Virus genome (UHGV): UHGV-0112358
Source: a virus
Reading direction: 5' to 3' (one strand)
DNA: 41,688 nt
In this document: positions 39,322 to 41,688 of the stretch, piece by piece
Layout of the letters: every line of letters starts with the position of its first letter
Position numbering within the stretch: the stretch's first letter is position 1
Made by a program: the position numbers and the translations under genes
The notes under the pieces: model-generated
Database searches by the model: none
Seen by the model: only the letters and a program-made list of their open reading frames with translations
What the model was told of the DNA's origin: nothing

Positions 39322-40547
39322 CGATATTAAATACGGCTGTTCCTGATGTAACCATCACTGAAAACGGTCTTTCAGTTCCCGACATAGCGGATGTGCTGGC
39401 GGGAAGACTTACAGACATGTCAACGGCTCTTGGCGGTGGTGCTAGTCAATCACTGAGTTCACCGCAAGGGCAGATCGCACAGTCTGACACTGAAATTATT
39501 GCTCAGGAATACGACAAACTTCTTTGTTTGTTTAATCAAATTAACCCTGACTTCTCAACTGGCAGATTCCAGGACGGGATTGGTCGGATTTACTTTATGG
39601 AGCGGATCGCTGCTCAGGGGACAGTTGTTACAGCAACATGCATTGGTCAGGTTGGAACAACAATACCAGCAGGGAGTACCGCTGTGGATACGAGCGGGTA
39701 TATATATCAGTCAATTGATAATGCTGTAATACCCTCATCAGGCTCTGTTGATGTGCAGTTTGTCAACACAACAACCGGGCCGATTCCGTGTGCCGCCGGT
39801 TCACTGAACCAGATTTATCGAGCCGTTTCCGGGTGGGATGCTGTAAATAATATTAGCCCTGGAGTCGTTGGTGTTGATGTTGAATCACGTATCGCCTTTG
39901 AAACTCGCCGGAGACAATCAGTTGCCAGAAACAGTCGAAATCAGGACGCATCTACATTAGCAGCGTTACTTGCGACTGATGGTGTGCTTGATGCTTACGT
40001 ATGGTCAAACAGAACTGCAGAAACAGTAAATAAAGGAACAACGAATTTCCCGATTCTTGCGCATTCTGTTTATATTTGTGTTTATGGCGGGGCTGATACG
40101 GATGTTGCCGAGTCAATATTCAATACTTATAACCCCGGCGCCAATATGAATGGTAATACAACGTTCACTGTTTACGATAACGTTAATTACATGCCGCCAT
40201 ATCCATCTTATGTAATGCAATGGCAAAAGGCATCACCTACGCGGGTTTACTTTAAGGTAAATGTCGATGCTTCACTAAATCCCCCAAGTGATATTACTAA
40301 ACAAGTAAAGGAAATGATTGTCACTGTGTTCAATGGAGGGTATGAGGGTATTGGAAAGTCACGAATTGGTTCGACGATAAATGCTGGTAAATACTATGCC
40401 CCTGTTATTTCAATATCTCCTGATACAGTTGGAATTTTGTCTCTTGAAGTTTCCATAGATGGTTCACTATACGGACCTGCTGTGACTATGGGCATAGACC
40501 AGGTTCCAACCATTCAGGAATCAGATATCACTGTTACATTATCGTAG
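39318..40547 (+). CDS. baseplate J-like protein
   Basis: 409-aa ORF in baseplate block. Confidence 0.55.
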   Translation: MTILNTAVPDVTITENGLSVPDIADVLAGRLTDMSTALGGGASQSLSSPQGQIAQSDTEIIAQEYDKLLCLFNQINPDFSTGRFQDGIGRIYFMERIAAQGTVVTATCIGQVGTTIPAGSTAVDTSGYIYQSIDNAVIPSSGSVDVQFVNTTTGPIPCAAGSLNQIYRAVSGWDAVNNISPGVVGVDVESRIAFETRRRQSVARNSRNQDASTLAALLATDGVLDAYVWSNRTAETVNKGTTNFPILAHSVYICVYGGADTDVAESIFNTYNPGANMNGNTTFTVYDNVNYMPPYPSYVMQWQKASPTRVYFKVNVDASLNPPSDITKQVKEMIVTVFNGGYEGIGKSRIGSTINAGKYYAPVISISPDTVGILSLEVSIDGSLYGPAVTMGIDQVPTIQESDITVTLS

Positions 40548-40557
40548 GGGGAGCGGT

Positions 40558-41196
40558 ATGTGGGAAGACACAATTCTTACCCAATACTCGGCAAGCAAAA
40601 AATTATTATCTATCATTGACACTTTTAATCAGGCGGTAAGCCTCGATGACTTCACAGATGAATTCATCAAAAAGGTATGGGATTTGACAACGTGTGAATC
40701 TTTTGGCCTTGATATGTGGGGGAAAATAGTAGGTATAAGCAGATACATTGTCGCTTCAATTGACAGTGACTCATTTGGGTTTAGTGAGGCTGACGATGGA
40801 GGCACTGATTATCCTTCACCATTTAATGATTCTCCTTTTTATGGTGGCGTGCAGGAAACAACAAATGTCAGGCTCGGGGATGACGCTTACAGAACATTAA
40901 TACTCTGCAAGGCTTTTGCTAACATCAGTGTGGCAACCATTCCTGATATAAATAAATTTCTTAAAATACTTTTTTATCAACGAGGCAGAGCATATTGTGT
41001 CAATTACAGAGATATGACCATTGGTATAAATTTTGAGTTCTCACTTGCTCCCTACGAAGAATCGATTTTAACAAATTACGATGTGACTCCTGTACCAAGT
41101 GGAGTTCAGGTAAATATCAAACAAATTGTAAGCCCATACTTTGGTTTTGCTACAGATGCATATCCATTTAATGACGGCACATTTTATAGGAATTAA
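40558..41196 (+). CDS. putative tail protein (gpI-like)
   Basis: 212-aa ORF with SD GGGGAG before tail fibre gene. Confidence 0.5.
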   Translation: MWEDTILTQYSASKKLLSIIDTFNQAVSLDDFTDEFIKKVWDLTTCESFGLDMWGKIVGISRYIVASIDSDSFGFSEADDGGTDYPSPFNDSPFYGGVQETTNVRLGDDAYRTLILCKAFANISVATIPDINKFLKILFYQRGRAYCVNYRDMTIGINFEFSLAPYEESILTNYDVTPVPSGVQVNIKQIVSPYFGFATDAYPFNDGTFYRN

Positions 41197-41197
41197 G

Positions 41198-41688
41198 CAT
41201 GAATCGTTCTGACTCACCTAAAAAACAACCTAAGCCATTTGGAGTTAATGGACAGAGAGGGGCAATATTGCCAACCACCCCTGCAGGTGATAACTCAGCA
41301 TCGTATGAACAGGGGTTTCCTCCAATAACAATGATCCTGAAATCTGCTGGCGGTTTGCCGCCAAAAGGCCAGGATATGAACCAAATTTTATACGAACTTT
41401 CTGCTCTGGGGAGATGGTCGAGCACCGGGGCGCTGAATACTTTTGATTCTGAATTTGCTTCGGAGATTTCTGGATATCCGTCAGGGGCGATGCTCATCTC
41501 GGACGATGGGGAAAGAATATTTATTAACACAACAGAAGGAAATCTATCTGATCCAAACAGCAATGGTGCCGGGTGGAAAGATGTTCTTTCATACCTTGGT
41601 TTGGGGGAAGGCTCTGCATTACCGGTTGGGGTGCCTGTTCCGTGGCCTTCAGCCACTCCGCCAACAGGCTGGCTGAAATGCAATGGTG
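41198..41688 (+). CDS. tail fibre protein, N-terminal part (runs off window end)
   Basis: ATG 41198; open to window end; absent from ORF track because no stop. Confidence 0.5.

Noticed and set aside
41168-41683. 171-aa minus-strand ORF at the window end
   Set aside because: Antisense to the tail fibre gene, which has a proper start after the preceding gene's stop; Pro/Gly-rich translation looks artefactual.

Overview
This window reads as a mosaic temperate (lambdoid) prophage segment, probably from an Escherichia/Shigella-type host, running from the early-left recombination genes to the start of a tail fibre gene. All calls rest on reading the sequence and on recalled protein families; no database search was run. 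Left to right: (1) minus-strand pL operon: N antiterminator, small accessory ORFs, a 322-aa coiled-coil protein, cIII, a Kil-like peptide, a Rad52-type annealing protein, SSB, a frameshifted DnaQ-like exonuclease and several unknown genes; (2) immunity region: cI with a lambda-like C-terminal domain, divergent Cro, cII; (3) replication: lambda-O-like initiator with in-gene iterons plus a DnaC-type loader; (4) nin region: NinB, Dam-like methyltransferase, NinE, NinF, Rha-family protein, YbcO-like, RusA, NinH, then Q; (5) lambda-type lysis cassette S-R-Rz/Rz1; (6) a Mu-like morphogenesis module (terminase, portal, MuF-like, capsid, sheath, tube, frameshifted chaperone, tape measure, baseplate, tail fibre start). 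The loci most worth a second look are a ~4.3 kb accessory island inside the tail cluster (secreted protein, KGG/P63C-like protein behind an operator array, mnt-arc-ant-like switch) and a ~0.55 kb ORF-free insertion with duplicated hairpins in the Q-S late leader. I cannot point to a single clearly novel system; those two, plus the uncharacterised pL-operon genes, are the best candidates.
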